DNA of 64,000 nucleotides from Vicinamibacteria bacterium (GTDB lineage Bacteria > Acidobacteriota > Vicinamibacteria > Vicinamibacterales > JAENWD01): NCBI GenBank assembly GCA_963818215.1, contig CAWFRL010000021.1, positions 340,958 to 404,957 on the forward strand, read 5' to 3'. The notes beneath the pieces are model-generated. The model saw only the letters and a program-made list of their open reading frames with translations. It searched no databases and was not told the DNA's origin. Both the position numbers and the translations under genes were made by a program. Shown here in pieces: positions 1 to 12,615 of this stretch (within the stretch, counting starts at the first letter, position 1; every line of letters starts with the position of its first letter).

Positions 1-622
1 CGTCGAGCCCGACGCAGCGTTTCCTCGGCGAGGACTCGACGATCAGCCTGCTCGGGCAGGAAAGCGGCCACCGCTGGCTGGCGTTCCTCCGCTTTCGAGA
101 CGCCGACGGCAGGCGCTCGGACGAACTGCTCGGCCGCGACCAGGCGCACTGGAGCTTCTTCTTCGACTCGGACGCCTCGTTCATGGAGGGCAACGACATC
201 GAGGATCTCGGCGGCGGCGCGTTCCGCACGGTGGCCGCCGTCAGCCGCTACAGCCTGCTGGACCAGTACGCGATGGGGCTGGTCGGCCCCTCCCAGGTGC
301 CGCCGTTTTTCTACGTCGAAGCGCCCACCAACATCGTCCCCGAGCGCGACCGCGAAGACTCGCCGGACACCGGCGTGACGTTCAACGGCACGAAGCGCGA
401 GGTGCGGATCGAGGACGTGATCGACGACGATGGGCCGCCGCGAGCCCTCGTCGGGTTCGAGCCCCAGGACCCACCGCCAGGCCTTCATCTACGTGGTCTC
501 CAACGGCCGCACGCTCGACCAGGCGCAGGTGGACAAGCTCGATCGCATTCGACGCGAGTGGACCAGCTGCGTTTCGGACCGCCACCAGCAACCGCATGAC
601 GCTCGAGACGAGACTGCGCTGA
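1..622 (+). CDS. 3' part of hypothetical protein with a zincin-like QExxH motif (truncated at window edge, frameshifted)
   Basis: Reading frame from the window start gives ...LLGQESGHRWLAFLRF...RDQAHWSFFFDSDASFMEGN...YSLLDQYAMGL; continues through ORFs 183-599 and 430-642; likely stop TGA at 620-622. Confidence 0.6.
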   Translation, partial: VEPDAAFPRRGLDDQPARAGKRPPLAGVPPLSRRRRQALGRTARPRPGALELLLRLGRLVHGGQRHRGSRRRRVPHGGRRQPLQPAGPVRDGAGRPLPGAAVFLRRSAHQHRPRARPRRLAGHRRDVQRHEARGADRGRDRRRWAAASPRRVRAPGPTARPSSTWSPTAARSTRRRWTSSIAFDASGPAAFRTATSNRMTLETRLR

Positions 623-678
623 ATTGCAGATTGCACGATTGACGATTGCCGATTACGAATTACGCGAATTGCGGATTA
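623..678. repeat. Degenerate heptamer tandem repeat (GATTGCA/GATTGAC/GATTGCC/AATTACG)
   Basis: attgcagattgcacgattgacgattgccgattacgaattacgcgaattgcggatt, an AT-rich intergenic stretch. Confidence 0.6.
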
Positions 679-691
679 GGATGGACGCGTC

Positions 692-3091
692 ATGCGACGC
701 GTCCTCGTCATCCTGGCCGGCCTCTTGTCGATGCCTGTCGCCGCGCTGGCGCAGGCGCCTGAGTCTCCGCCGCTCCGACACTCGACCCGGCGCGCCTCGC
801 GCTGATCGAGCCGCTGGTCGAGGAGGCGATCGCCGCCGGACAGATTCCCGGCGCCGTCGTCGTCGCCGGCCGCGGAGACCAGGTGCTCTATCGGCGCGCC
901 TTCGGCAACCGCGCGGTGCAGCCCTCGCCGGAGCCGATGACGATCGACACGATCTTCGACGTCGCCTCGCTCACCAAGGTCGTGGCGACGACCACGGCCG
1001 TGATGGCGCTGGTCGAGGACGGCCGCATCCGGCTCAGCCGATCGCGTCAGCGTCTACGTCCCGGGCTTCGAGCGCTACGGCAAGGACAAGATCACCATCC
1101 GTCACCTGCTGACGCACGTCTCGGGCCTGCGGCCCGGACCTCGACCTCGGCGTGGAGTTCGAGGGCGGGGCTGCCGAGGCGATCCGCCTGGCGCGTGAAG
1201 AGGTGCCGGTGGCGCCGCCCGGCGAGCGCTTCATCTACTCCGACATCGGCTTCTTCCTGCTCGGCCACATCGTCGAGGTCGTGTCGAAGCAGACGCTGCC
1301 GGCGTTCCTGCAGGCGCGCGCCTTTGGCCCACTCGGGATGGCCGACACGACGTTTCTGCCGCCCGCCTCGTTACAGGAGCGCATCGCGCCCACCGATGCC
1401 GTGCGAGCCGCTGGCCTGGCCCTGCACGGCGCCGGTGTCGGCCGATGCTGCGAGGCGTCGTGCACGATCCGACGGCCCGCCGGATGGGCGGCGTTGCGGG
1501 GCACGCGGGTCTGTTCAGCACCGGCGACGACCTGGCGATCTTCGCGCGCATGATCCTGGCCGGCGGCAGCTGGAAAGGCGCACGCGTGCTGTCGCCGCTC
1601 ACCGTCGCCGAGATGATGCGGCCGGCGACGCCGGCAGGCATGCAGCCGGTGCGCGGCCTGGGCTGGGACATCGACACCAGCTACTCGGCCAACCGCGGCG
1701 AGCTGTTGCCGATCGGGTCGTTCGGCCACACCGGGTTCACCGGCACGTCGATCTGGATCGACCCGCTCACGCGCACCTTCGTGATCGTCCTCACCAATCG
1801 CGTGCATCCCGCCGGCAAGGGGGACGCGACGCCGCTGCGCGCGCGCGTGGCCAGCGTCGTGGCCTCGGCCATCCCCGATGCGGTGGTGCCGCCGCACGTG
1901 GCCCTGACCGGAACCGACTTCGGCGCCGGGCCCGTCGCCGGGCCGGCCGCCGCTGCCGGCGCCGGTTCAAACCGGCATCGACGTCCTGCGCGCCGAGGGG
2001 TTCGCGCGGCTGAAGGGCCGGCGCATCGGGCCTGGTGACCAACCACACCGGCCGCGCCGCCGACGGCACGCCCACCATCGACCTGCTCTTCGGGCAGCAG
2101 GATCTCACCGCTCGTCTCGCTCTTCAGCCCCGAGCACGGCATTCGCGGCATCGTCGACGAGGACGTCCCGTCGTCGAAGGACGAGAAGACGGGCCTGGTC
2201 ATCCACTCGCTCTACGGCGCGACGCGGCGTCCCACCGACGAGATGCTGCAGGGCATCGACACGCTCGTGATCGATCTGCAGGACGTGGGCGTCCGCTTCT
2301 ACACCTACGGCACGACGATGGCGTACGTGATGGAGGAGGCGGCGAAGCGGAAGATTCGCGTCGTCGTGCTGGACCGTCCGAACCCGACCGGCGGCTGGCA
2401 GATCGAAGGCCCCGCGCTCGACAAGGCGGCCATCGGGTTCACGGGCTACATCCCGTCGATGCCGACGCGGCACGGCATGACGCTGGGCGAGCTGGCGAAG
2501 CTGTTCAACGTCGAGGCCAAGATCGGCTGCGACCTGGACGTGGTCGCGATGCGGCACTGGTCTCGCGACCGGTGGTTCGACGAGCTCGGCCTCGAGTGGA
2601 TCAACCCGTCGCCGAACATGCGGAACCTGCTTCAGGCCACGCTGTATCCCGGCATCGGCAGCATCGAGTACGGCAACCTCTCGGTGGGGCGCGGCACCGA
2701 CACGCCCTTCGAGCAGATCGGCGCGCCGTGGATCGACGGCCGGCGCCTGGCGGCGCATCTCAACGCGCGCCGGCTGCCGGGCATTCGCGCCTACCCGGTG
2801 TTCTTCACGCCGACCTCGAGCAAGTTCGCCGGAGAGCGCTGTCAGGGCGTGTTCTTCGTCGTCACCGATCGGGAAGCGCTCAAGCCCGTGCGGCTTGGCC
2901 TGGAAGTGGCGGCCGCGCTGTTCACCCTGCACCCGGGCGCGTTCGATCCCGGCCGCACGGCGATACTGCTGGGCTCGAGCGACGCGCTCGCGCGCGTCAG
3001 GACGGGAGAGGATCCGGCCGACGTCGCCGCGTCCTGGGCCGTCGCCGAGTCGCGATGGCGAACGCTGCGGGCGAAGTATCTGTTGTACTGA
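692..3091 (+). CDS. Serine hydrolase (class C beta-lactamase/AmiE-like) fused to DUF1343 exo-beta-N-acetylmuramidase (NamZ-like); frameshifted
   Basis: Signal peptide MRRVLVILAGLL; SxxK in FDVASLTK; LLTHVSGL; YSD; HTGFTG; then GLVTNHTG, FSPEHG, DLQDVGVRFYTY, VLDRPNP, RHGMTLGELA, PSPNM. Confidence 0.88.
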
Positions 3092-3120
3092 CCGTACATA
3101 GGCCGGAACTTCAGTTCCAG

Positions 3121-3537
3121 CTACATCTGATACAGCATCAGATACACCACCACGCCCGTCACCGAGACGTACATCCAGATCGGCCACGTGATCTTCGCGA
3201 TGCGCCGATGCCGCGCGTCGTCGCGCTTGAGCCCCCGGAAGAGCGTGACCAGCGCCAGCGGCACGACCGCGGCCGCGAGGATGATGTGCGAGATCAGGAT
3301 CGTGAAGTAGACGACCCTGATCGGCCCTACTCCCTGAAACGGCCTCGAGCCCACGTTGGCGTGGTAGATCAGGTACGAGATCAGGAACAGCGTGGACATC
3401 GCGAACGCGCCGATCATCGACGCGCGGTGCCTGGCAATCTGGCGCCGCCTGATGAAGTAGTAGCCCGCGAGCAGAAACAGCCCTGCGATGCCGTTGAGCG
3501 TGGCGTTGAGCGCGGGGAGGTCGGAGAGAGTGGGCAT
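3121..3537 (-). CDS. DUF420 family membrane protein (cytochrome oxidase-associated)
   Basis: LPALNATLN...HRASM...FLISYLIYH...YFTILISHIILA...HRRIAKITWPIWMYVSVTGVVVY; 4 TM helices. Confidence 0.9.
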   Translation of the reverse strand: MPTLSDLPALNATLNGIAGLFLLAGYYFIRRRQIARHRASMIGAFAMSTLFLISYLIYHANVGSRPFQGVGPIRVVYFTILISHIILAAAVVPLALVTLFRGLKRDDARHRRIAKITWPIWMYVSVTGVVVYLMLYQM

Positions 3538-3546
3538 GGCGGCACG

Positions 3547-4312
3547 CTAGCGCGCGTCGCGGCGCACGAGCACGATGCTCAGGCACATCGTGACGATGCC
3601 AAACAGCGCCACCACCAGCAGGCACAGGCTGAGCGAGGGCTCGCCGGCAAGCGGCGTCGGGCTCAACACGTGGCGAAGGGCGGCCACGCCGTAGGTGAGC
3701 GGGTTGGCGCGTCATCAGCACCCGCACCCACGGCGCCGCGCCGGCGGCCGGAAAGGCCGCGCCCGACAGGATCCAGAGCGGCACCAGCCCGAGATTCATG
3801 ATCGCGTGGAAGCCCTGAATCGAATCGAACTGCCAGGCGACGATGAACCCGAGCCCGCTCAGCGCGACCGACAGCAGGATCAGCACGCCAAAGGCCTGCA
3901 CCACGACCTCCGGCGTCAGCGGGCGCACGGCAAACGGCGCGGCCACGAGAAAGATCGTCGCCTGCATCGTCGCCAGCGTCGCCGCCCCGAGCAGTTTGCC
4001 GGTGACGATGTCGATGCGGGAGACCGGCGCGGCCAGCACGCCCTGGAGGAATCCCTCGTGGCGGTCCTCGATGATCGAGACCGTCGAGAAGATCGCGGTG
4101 AACAGCACGATGAGCGCCAGCGTGCCCGGGTAGAAGTACTCGAGGTACCCGTTGATGAGCGGCGAGGCGGCCGGCCGGAACGACTGGCCGAAACCCGAGC
4201 CCAGCAGCAGCCAGAAGATCGCCGGCGATCCGATCGCGCCGATCACGCGGCTCGGCTGCCGGAAGAACCGCACCAGCTCGCGCTGCCAGAGGGTGAAGGC
4301 GGCCGGCGTCAT
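3547..4312 (-). CDS. ABC-2 type transporter permease (frameshift near 3' end)
   Basis: WQRELVRFFRQPSR, YLEYFYPG, SIIEDRHEGFLQGVLAAP, LSGAAFP. Confidence 0.88.
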
Positions 4313-5231
4313 TCGAATCGGCGCCCCGTGAAGTGGACGAACACGTCCTCGAGCGTCGGCCGGCCGAAGTGCACCGACCGAATCTCACCGGGAAACGCAT
4401 CCACCAGTTCGGCCACGAACGTGTGCGCGTGGTCGTGCTCGACGCGGACCTCGTCATCGACGACCGCGGCCTTGGCCTGGAACCGCGCCGTGATTCGCGA
4501 CGCCAGATCGGCGGGAGTCCGCCGTCTGCAGGCGAATCACGTCGCCGCCCACCATCCGCGTCAACGTGTCGGGCGCGCCGTCGACGACCAGGCGGCCATG
4601 GTCGAGGACGAACACGTGATCGGCGGCGGCGGCTTCGTCGAGCAGGTGCGTGGTGAGCACGATGGTCGTGCCGTCGCTGGCGCGAATCGCCCGCCAGGTC
4701 GCGCCACGAGATCCCGTCGCACGCCCGGGTCCAGGCCCGTCGTCGGCTCGTCGAGCAGCAGCAGCGACGGGCGCGTCATCAGCACCTTGGCGATCTCGGC
4801 GCGCCGCTTGAGGCCGCCGGACAGGCGCGACACGACCTCGCGCGACCGATCGGCCAGGCCGACACGCGCAAGGGCCTCGTCGATTCCTGCGCGCAGCGGC
4901 CGCCCCTGCAGCCCGTACAGGCGTCCGTGGTGCAGGAGGTTCTCGCGCACCGTGAGCCGCTGGTCGAGCGCCGGCGACTGGAAGACGACGCCGAGCCGCC
5001 GCCGCACGGCGGCCGCATCGGTCCGCACATCGGCGCCGAAGACCAGCACCGAGCCTTCCGAGGCGCGCTGCAGCGTCGCGCAGATGCGAAACAGCGTGGA
5101 CTTGCCGCCGCCGTTGGGCCCGAGCAGCGCGACAAACGTGCCTGGCGCCACCGTCAGCGACACGTCGTCGAGCGCGACGCGGCTGCCGTAGCGGTGGGTG
5201 AGGTGGCTTACTGCGAGCGCAGGGTGGCCAC
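4309..5231 (-). CDS. ABC transporter ATP-binding protein (frameshifted)
   Basis: Walker A GPNGGGKST, signature LSGGLKRR, Walker B LLLLDEPTTGLD, C-terminal PTLEDVF. Confidence 0.9.
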
Positions 5232-5232
5232 C

Positions 5233-6128
5233 TTACGCCCGATTGGCGAGCATCAGTACCCAGAGAACGGGCAGGTAGATCAGCGAGCGCGTAGAACAGC
5301 TGCCGCGCGCGTTCCGGGGTGCGCTGCTGCGCAAACCGGATGGCCAGCGCGAGCAGCACGCGAGGCCAAGCACCACGGCGCCGGCAAAGTAGATGCGGCC
5401 CGCGATGCCAATCGCCGTCGGCAGCAGGCTCACCGGCACCAGCGCCGCGGCGTAGCTCACCATCTGCGAACGCGGTGCTGCGGCCGTCGGGATCCTCGAC
5501 CGGCAGCACACGGATGCCGCCACGCTCGTAGTCGTCGCGGTAGAGCCACGAGATGGCCAGGACGTGCGGCATCTGCCAGAAGAAGACGATCGCAAACAGC
5601 ACCCACGCCTCGATCGACAGCGTGTTGCGCGCCGCCGCCCAGCCGATCACCGGCGGCAGCGCGCCAGGCACTGCGCCGACGACCGTGGCCAGCGAGGTCA
5701 CCTTCTTGAGCGGCGTGTAGATCAGCGCGTAGCTGACGAGCGTCGCCACGGCGACCAGCGCCGCCAGCCGGTTCGCGCCGAACCACAACTGCGCCAGCCC
5801 GATCGCCGAAAGCGCCGTCGCGAACCAGAACGCCTCGGCGCTGCCGATGCGGCCATCCGGCAGCGGCCGCTGCATCGTCCGGCGCATGCGCCGCGTCGAC
5901 GTCGCGTTCGAGCACCTGGTTGAACGCCGCGGCGCCGCTGGCGACCAGGAAGGTGCCGACGACCGTGTTGAACAACAACGCCAGGTCGGTGCCGCCAAGG
6001 TTGCCCAGGTGGAAGCCAATCACCGTCGTGACCAGCACCAGCAGGTTCACCCGCGGCTTGATCAGCGTGACGTAATCGGCCCACGCACTCGTCGGGAGCA
6101 CGGCGGTCTGGTCGGACTTGGTGGACAT
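5233..6128 (-). CDS. cyoE: Heme o synthase (protoheme IX farnesyltransferase), frameshifted
   Basis: LIKPRV, NQVLERDVD..MRRTMQRPLP.GR, YTPLKK, GAVPGALPPVIGW, FFWQMPH, YRDDY.RGG. Confidence 0.93.
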
Positions 6129-6142
6129 GCGAAAGAGGTCAA

Positions 6143-7532
6143 TTATATCGGGCTACTGCTTGCCCGCCCGGCTTCTCGAATCTTTCGCAGCACCCGGTCT
6201 TCCATCCACTGCGTGGACCACCAGTCCACGGGGCTGACGGGGTACCCCCCGACCAGCATCGTGAAGTGCAGGTGGTCGCCGCCGGCAAGGCCGGTCATCC
6301 CGCTGCGGCCCAGTCCCTGGCCCTTGTCCACGTCGTCGCCCGGCTTGACGTCGATGGCCGACAGGTGCGCGTAGAGCGACTGCACGCCCAGGCCGTGGTC
6401 CACGATCACGCAGTTGCCGTAGATGCCGAGGTAGTCCGCGAAGGCGACCTTGCCGCGAGCCGCCGCGACGATGGGCACGGCCGCCGTGACCGCGAGATCG
6501 AAGCCCAGGTGCACCTGCCGGTCGATCTCCTTGCCGTCATGAAAGTACGTGCGGTGATCGGCAAACGCGGCCTCGACCTGGGAGTTGCCCAGCTGCTGGA
6601 ACGCGCCCTGCCACAGCATCCCGGGCGCAGACTTGGAAGCGAGCCCGGCGATCGTCTCGGCGTTCTTGCGGCGCAGGTCTCCGTTGATCTTCAGAAACGC
6701 CGCGACCAGATCGTTCGGGTCGGCAACCTCACGCGCGAAGTCAGGAGTGTTTTCGAGGATTGCCGGGACGACGCGCTGGAGGAACGTGTCGGCGACCTCG
6801 ATGCGGCTCCTCCGGAACACTTTGGGGAACACGCGCGAGTCGATGTCGGCCGATGCGGTGTTGCCGGCCTCGTCGGTGGCAAACACCTTCATCGGCGTCG
6901 CCAGGTCCTGATCGTGGAGCAGGGCATAGACCGCGACGCGCGCGGCCGGGTCGGCGATGCCCACCGCGGTTCCCGGGTACGCGGCATAGACGCGGTCGCC
7001 CACGCGAACGCCGGCCGTGACGTCATTGGGGGTCGCGCGGAACACCACGAACTCGCTGCCGCCGTGGTTGATGTAGTGGTGCATCGAGAGCACCGCGACG
7101 CGCGGGGGCTCCAGTCGGACGCGCACGGGATGCGCGACCGAGGACGCCAGCGTGCGCACGCCGTAGAGCACCTGGCGCTCGGCGGCCACCAGGACGCGGG
7201 CGTCGCCGGTCTTGAGATCGGCGATCTCCTTCCGGGTCGCCGGCACGGTCACGCGCACGCGATCCGGGCCGTCCTGAGTCAGGCCTGCGGCCCCGCCCTG
7301 GCCCAGCGTGAACAGAGGGCGTCTGTTTGCCGCCTTGTTCGAACGTCACGTCGAGCTTCGACAGCCGGCCGCCCGGCGCGCCGACCGTGACCTCGACCAC
7401 GGCTCCCTGCCCCATGAGCGCCTTTGGCTTCTCGACTGCGATCGCCGGCCCACCGCCGCGGCCCGACCACCAGTACGCGCCGCCGCCGCCGGCAATTGCC
7501 AGCAGAACCAGGATGAGCAGGAATTTACGCAT
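6143..7532 (-). CDS. M23 family metallopeptidase with N-terminal membrane anchor
   Basis: HLGFD (HxxxD), YGNCVIVDHG, SLYAHL, GMTGLAGGDHLHF; start MRKFLLILVLL. Confidence 0.9.
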
Positions 7533-7555
7533 GCGGGGATTGATTCTAACTCGTG

Positions 7556-7625
7556 CCCGGTGCCCGGCACTCGTGCACGAGTGCACTGCTGCACGAGTGC
7601 CGACGCTGCGGCACCTGCATGGCAC
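7556..7625. repeat. Short palindromic GCAC/GTGC octamer-type repeats
   Basis: gcactcgtgcacgagtgcac is a perfect palindrome, followed by gcacgagtgc, gcacctgc and gcaccggc. Confidence 0.5.
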
Positions 7626-7695
7626 CGGCATGACTCAGCCCGGTTTGACTCGCTCCAGCCGGGGCCGATACAATCGATGGTTCCAGACCGAGCGT

Positions 7696-7770
7696 GCCGG
7701 TATCGTCTAGGGGTCAGGACACGTGGTTCTCAGCCACGGGACCGGGGTTCGAATCCCCGTACCGGTACCA
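7696..7770 (+). tRNA. tRNA-Glu (anticodon CTC)
   Basis: Acceptor stem GCCGGTA/TACCGGT plus ACCA; anticodon arm CGTGG-TTCTCAG-CCACG; T-arm GGGGTTCGAATCCCC. Confidence 0.97.
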
Positions 7771-7893
7771 AATAAGTTCATCGAAGTTCATCTAGCCGGG
7801 GCTGTAGGAGAGGCGGTAGGTCGAGGCCGCGAGTGGTCTGTCGTCACCGAACTGCAACTCCTTTGTTCTTGCAGCATCCACTGTCGCTGTCGT

Positions 7894-10330
7894 CTATTTT
7901 TCTCCTCCTTCCTTCGCCAGCTTCGCCCGCCACTCAGCGGCCTGGGCGGCCTTGCCCCAGCGTTCGTACAAAGTAACAACTCGGGTGGTCGCCGCCTGTG
8001 TCCGCTCGTGGCTTGCGCCGAACTGCTTCGTAATAATGCCGGCGCTTTCGATTAAGAGCGGTTCGGCGGCCGTGTACACCTTTTCATCCGTCAGGCAGTC
8101 GCCGAGGAGGTTCTTGGTCATGGCGACTTGCCAGTGATCCGAGGGAAAGTGCTAGAGTTTGATCAGTAAGGCTTTGCGGAAAGCTGACTCGGCTTCCTTG
8201 AGCTTCTTCTGCCGCTTCAGCACACCGCCCAATATCTGTAGGTCCCCGGCGATATTCGGGTTGTTCTCACCGAAAATCCGGGTGTCCAATTCAACGACCT
8301 TCCGGCGGTACCTTTTCAGCCTTCAGCAGGTTGTCCATGTCCCGATAAACCAACGCGAGGTTACTCAGATTAGTAGCTACGACGGGATGGATATCGCCGA
8401 ATGCCTTGCGATTAATTACGAGGGCCTCTTGAAGCAGCGGCTCCGCTTGAGGCGCTTTCCCTTGGCCGCTGTAGAGCAAGCCGATGTTATTGAGGCTTTG
8501 GGCAACGTACGGATGGTCGTTCCCGAGCCGCTTGCGGCGGATGGCAAGAGACTCGCGATACAAAGCCTCGCACTCCTCTCGTTTCGACAGCCGCTCCAAC
8601 ACAGCCGCCAAGTCGTTAAGCGCGGTCGCCAGCCACAGATCGTCACTGCCGACCACCTTCCGATACATGCCCAGCGATTCGCGCAGTGTTCGCTCGGCAC
8701 CCGCCCAGTCGCCCGACGCGTATCGAACCTCGCCGAGTGTGAGCAGTGTTTCTGCGACGCGAGGATTTTCTTGTCCGAGACGCCTCCGTTGAATGTCGAG
8801 GGCTTCAAGGAGCATTCGCTCGGCTTCAACAAACGCGCCCTGTTGCCCCTTGATTGCGCCAATACTATTCAGCGTTGAAGCTACCTCAAGACTGTCTCGG
8901 CCGAAGGCGCCCTCCCGATAACGGAGCGCCTCTTCGGCAAGCTGTGCGGCCGTGTCATACTTGCCGAGTTTAAAGTACACGCGCCCCATTGTGTCCATCA
9001 GCGTCGCTCGTACCTCAGGTTGGTCGCGTAGCTCCGTGCGCATTCGCTGCGACCCCCGGTCGAGTACCTCGCGTGCGGTGAGCTCCCGCCCTCGCCCCTC
9101 GAATGGATCAGAGCCCTTGAACATGCCAACCAGAAACTCCGAGACCTGCCGCGCAACCGTGGCCTCACGATTGGCGCGATCGCGTTCGCGGGCGATCCGC
9201 TGCGCTTGTATGGTCATCGTCACGGCCAGAGCGACGAGGAGCAGAACGAAAGTGGCCGCCGCGCCGACGCCGAACCGGTGCCGTCGCACGAACTTCTTGG
9301 TCCGGTACGCCGCGCTGGGCGGCCCGGCCAAAACCGGCTCGTTCCGCAGGTGGCGCCGCACGTCGTTCGCCAGTCCTAGCGCCGTATCGTAGCGTCGCGT
9401 GCGGTCCTTCTCCAGCGCCTTCATCGTGATCCAGTCGAGGTCTCCGCGAAGCTGGCTGGCGAGTCGCGCAGGCTCGGTGTGACGGTTCTTCGCGGCCTCG
9501 GTCGATGCCGGTCCCTGCTGCGTGATGCGCGTGCTGGGGCGCGTCGGCTCCACCTCACGGATTGTGCGGCGAAGCTCGTCGAGACCCTTCTCCCGCAGCA
9601 GCTTCCGATCGAAGGGCAGTGCCCCCGTCAGCAATTCGTACAGGAGCACGCCGAGGGCGTACACGTCCGTGCGCGTGTCGATGTCGAGTCCCGTCAGCTC
9701 TGCCTGCTCTGGGCTCATGTACTCGGGCGTGCCGATCAGCACGCCCAGTTCGGTGAACAGGCTGCGTTCGGTCAGGGGCTGCGTCGTCGCCTTCGCGATC
9801 CCGAAGTCGATGATCTTTGGCACCGGGTGGTCGTCTTGGAGCGTGACGAGCACATTCGAGGGCTTGAGGTCGCGATGGATGACCCCCTTTTGGTGCGCGT
9901 GCTGCACGGCTTCGCAGACGCGGATGAACAGTTCGAGCCGCGCCGCAATGCTCAGGCGGTACCGGTCGGCGTACACCGTGATGGGCTCGCCCTTGACATA
10001 TTCCATGGCGAAATATGGGCGCCCCTCCGGCGTGCTGCCGCCATCGAAGACCGTGGCGATGCCCGGATGGTCCATCACGGCCAGGGCCTGTCGCTCCGCC
10101 TCAAAGCGAGCGATCACCTGCGCGGTGTCCATCCCGGCCTTGATGATCTTCAGCGCGACGGATCGATGGACCGGCCGGGTCTGCTCAGCCAGCCACACCT
10201 CGCCCATGCCGCCTTCGCCGAGCCGCTGGAGGAGGTAATAGGGACCTACAGTCGCGCCGGGCTGGGCCGAGGAGGGGAATCCTGTGATCGTGGGCGCGTT
10301 GGTGGGGGCAGGTGGATGCTGGTCCTCCAT
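7894..10330 (-). CDS. Hanks-type Ser/Thr protein kinase with TM helix and C-terminal TPR repeats (frameshifted C-terminus)
   Basis: GEGGMGEV, VALK, HRDLKPSN, DFG, GTPEYMSPEQ, DVYALG; TPR repeats of the LNNIGLLY type. Confidence 0.93.
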
Positions 10331-10468
10331 GGCGAGCCTCCCAGGGTGACACTCAACTACCGCCGGGGCGCGACTGACGCCGACGGGACGGAGTATACGC
10401 CCGGACTGATGCCCACCGGGCGTCCTCGCGGTTCTCGAATGCAAGCTGCTGAGCGGTCGGCCGCTTTC

Positions 10469-11026
10469 CTACTTCGGCGTGATCTTGGTGATCTTGTTGC
10501 CCTGGATGCCGAGGCCCGCCATCAGCCCCTTCTGCCCGAAGATGATCGCGTAGATGTCGTCCTTCATCGTGGTCGTCGTGGTGGACTTCGCCATGCCCTC
10601 GTCGACGAGGACGACGCTTGGGCCGACACCGACCTCGAAACCGCTCGCGTTCTGAAACTCGCCGAGGGCCTTCGCGTTCATGAAGAACATGGCGTAGCCG
10701 TACGTCTGGCCGCCTGCCTGCAGCCCGAAGGACGCGCCGGTCGTCTTGTAGTAGGCAACCGCGGCCCCCTTCTGCAACAGCGTGCCTTCGCCGTACTGAC
10801 CGCCGATGCCGAGGCCGGCCTTCGTGACTTTCGGGAACACCAGGATGGCCTGGGCCTTGGGCCCGATTGCCTTGGCCACCGGCACGCTGGCGTACAGCTG
10901 CTGCAACGATGCCTTCGATTCAGAGGTGAGCTCGGCCGCCGCGGTCTTGCCCTTGTCCTGCGCGGCCGAAGGGTGAGCGGCACAAATGCACGCGACTGCG
11001 ATGCCTGCGACCAGCGATGTTCTCAT
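10469..11026 (-). CDS. Secreted YSC84/SYLF lipid-binding domain protein
   Basis: Signal peptide; ILVFPKVTKAGLGIGGQYGEG, SFGLQAGGQ, QKGLMAGLGIQG.KI; RBS GGAGGAG. Confidence 0.88.
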   Translation of the reverse strand: MRTSLVAGIAVACICAAHPSAAQDKGKTAAAELTSESKASLQQLYASVPVAKAIGPKAQAILVFPKVTKAGLGIGGQYGEGTLLQKGAAVAYYKTTGASFGLQAGGQTYGYAMFFMNAKALGEFQNASGFEVGVGPSVVLVDEGMAKSTTTTTMKDDIYAIIFGQKGLMAGLGIQGNKITKITPK

Positions 11027-11099
11027 TGTCGTACTCCTCCACGTGATGATCGAGCCGACCTCCGGAATCGATTCCTGAGATGTCCGGCGAGCGGGCCTG

Positions 11100-11684
11100 T
11101 CAGCCTTGCCGCATCGCCGCGACGAGCTCTTTCGACCCCGAGCCCCAGCGCGAGACGGATCGGATTGCCTGAGTGAAGGGGACATCGAGCGGGTGCACAC
11201 GCTCGCGAGCGAGGATGTACACAGCCCCGGCCAGCGGTGTCGGCACCGACGGCACGAACACCGTGAGCCGGCCGTCGTCGAGCTCTTCGATGATGAAACA
11301 CGGGACGAGCGCGTCCTCGAGCTCCACGAGTGCAGGCTTCCACGCCGTGTCGTCGCCGTCTTCCGCCAATCGCTGCGTCAGACTGCGCAGGAGCCCGTAC
11401 CCCGGGAGCCGTTCGAAAAACACTCTCTCCAGCTTTTCGCGAGCGATCTGTCCGGCCTGAGTACGGACCGCTGCACCGACGAAGAAACAGGCGACCAGCA
11501 CCAGCACCAGCGAGAAGAACTGCTCAGCCGGTAGCCAGTCGGGGAGCAGCACGGCGATCGGCCGTACCAGGCCGGCGGCTGACTTCATGCCCTTCAGCAG
11601 CAGCAACACCGCCAGGTAGAGCGGAACCACGATGAACACGCCACCGATGACGGTGCTCGTAACGAGTTCGCGCGCGTGTTTCAT
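11100..11684 (-). CDS. DUF502 family membrane protein
   Basis: GGVFIVVPL, ERLPGYGLLR, VFVPSVPTPLAG. Confidence 0.8.
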   Translation of the reverse strand: MKHARELVTSTVIGGVFIVVPLYLAVLLLLKGMKSAAGLVRPIAVLLPDWLPAEQFFSLVLVLVACFFVGAAVRTQAGQIAREKLERVFFERLPGYGLLRSLTQRLAEDGDDTAWKPALVELEDALVPCFIIEELDDGRLTVFVPSVPTPLAGAVYILARERVHPLDVPFTQAIRSVSRWGSGSKELVAAMRQG

Positions 11685-11788
11685 GTGTGTTGGCCTCCGT
11701 GGAACACGGATTGGGTTTCAGGCCGCAGAACAAGACAGCGGGCCGCGCCAGAGACCAGCGCGGCCCGCCCGTCGAGGAGCCAATCCGC

Positions 11789-12510
11789 CTAGCGAGTGGC
11801 GAGACGCCGCCTCACAGTGAGGCTCACCCCGGCCACGAGCGATGCAAAGCCCAGCAGGCCGAGCAGCGGCAGTTTGCTGGCCGTCCGTGGCAGCGTCCTC
11901 GGCTCGGCAGCCGCGCTCTGGGCCGCTGGCGCGGCCGCAGGCGCCGGTGCGGCGCCGCGGGTGCGCCCGCGGGTGCGGCCTTGGCGAGAGTCGCCTGCAC
12001 TTCCTTCTCCGTCAGCACCTTGGGCGGCATCGTCGTGACGATGGTCGCCGACAGCTTGTCGTTGGCGCGGAAGTCCGAGATTTGCGCCGGCTGGCCGCCG
12101 CGCATGATCTTGACGCCCCGCTTGTCGATGTCGCCCTGCGAGAACATCTTGATCTGATTGTCACTGGTGCGAACGATGATGCTCGTGCCCATCGCCTGCA
12201 TGACGGTCCCGTTCTTCACCTCGGTGACGGTGACCGGGACCATGGTGGTCGTGGTGGTGATCGTCGCGGTGCCTGCCATGCCAGGCTTCAGCTGGTGCAC
12301 CGACAGCGACTGCCCGTCGACGGTGAACCGGAAGTCGTCGGGCACGGTCAGTTCTTTCGTGCCCTCGGGCAACTTGACGACGAGCTTGTTGCCCTCCACC
12401 GCGATGACCTGGAACTTCTTGGTCTCCGTCGTTGATTGCGCCAGCGTCGCGGCGGCGGTCACGCCGACGAGCACGCCACCCAACATCAGCCGAATCAGTG
12501 TTCGAGTCAC
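11789..12510 (-). CDS. Secreted beta-rich protein with C-terminal LPXTA sortase sorting signal
   Basis: Signal peptide; duplicated beta domain; Ala/Pro linker; after a frameshift reads ...[37 protein letters not shown] (motif, TM helix, basic tail). Confidence 0.8.
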
Positions 12511-12615
12511 AAAGCCTCCTCTGACTTCCGTCTGCGAGTACCCACGTGCCTGAACCACACGCGGAACGATTCAACGGCCTCTGGAACAGGAGATCGCCCA
12601 GAACGTCGCACCAGT

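Noticed and set aside
692-1900. Beta-lactam resistance gene
   Set aside because: The SxxK serine hydrolase is fused to DUF1343/NamZ, consistent with peptidoglycan recycling rather than resistance.
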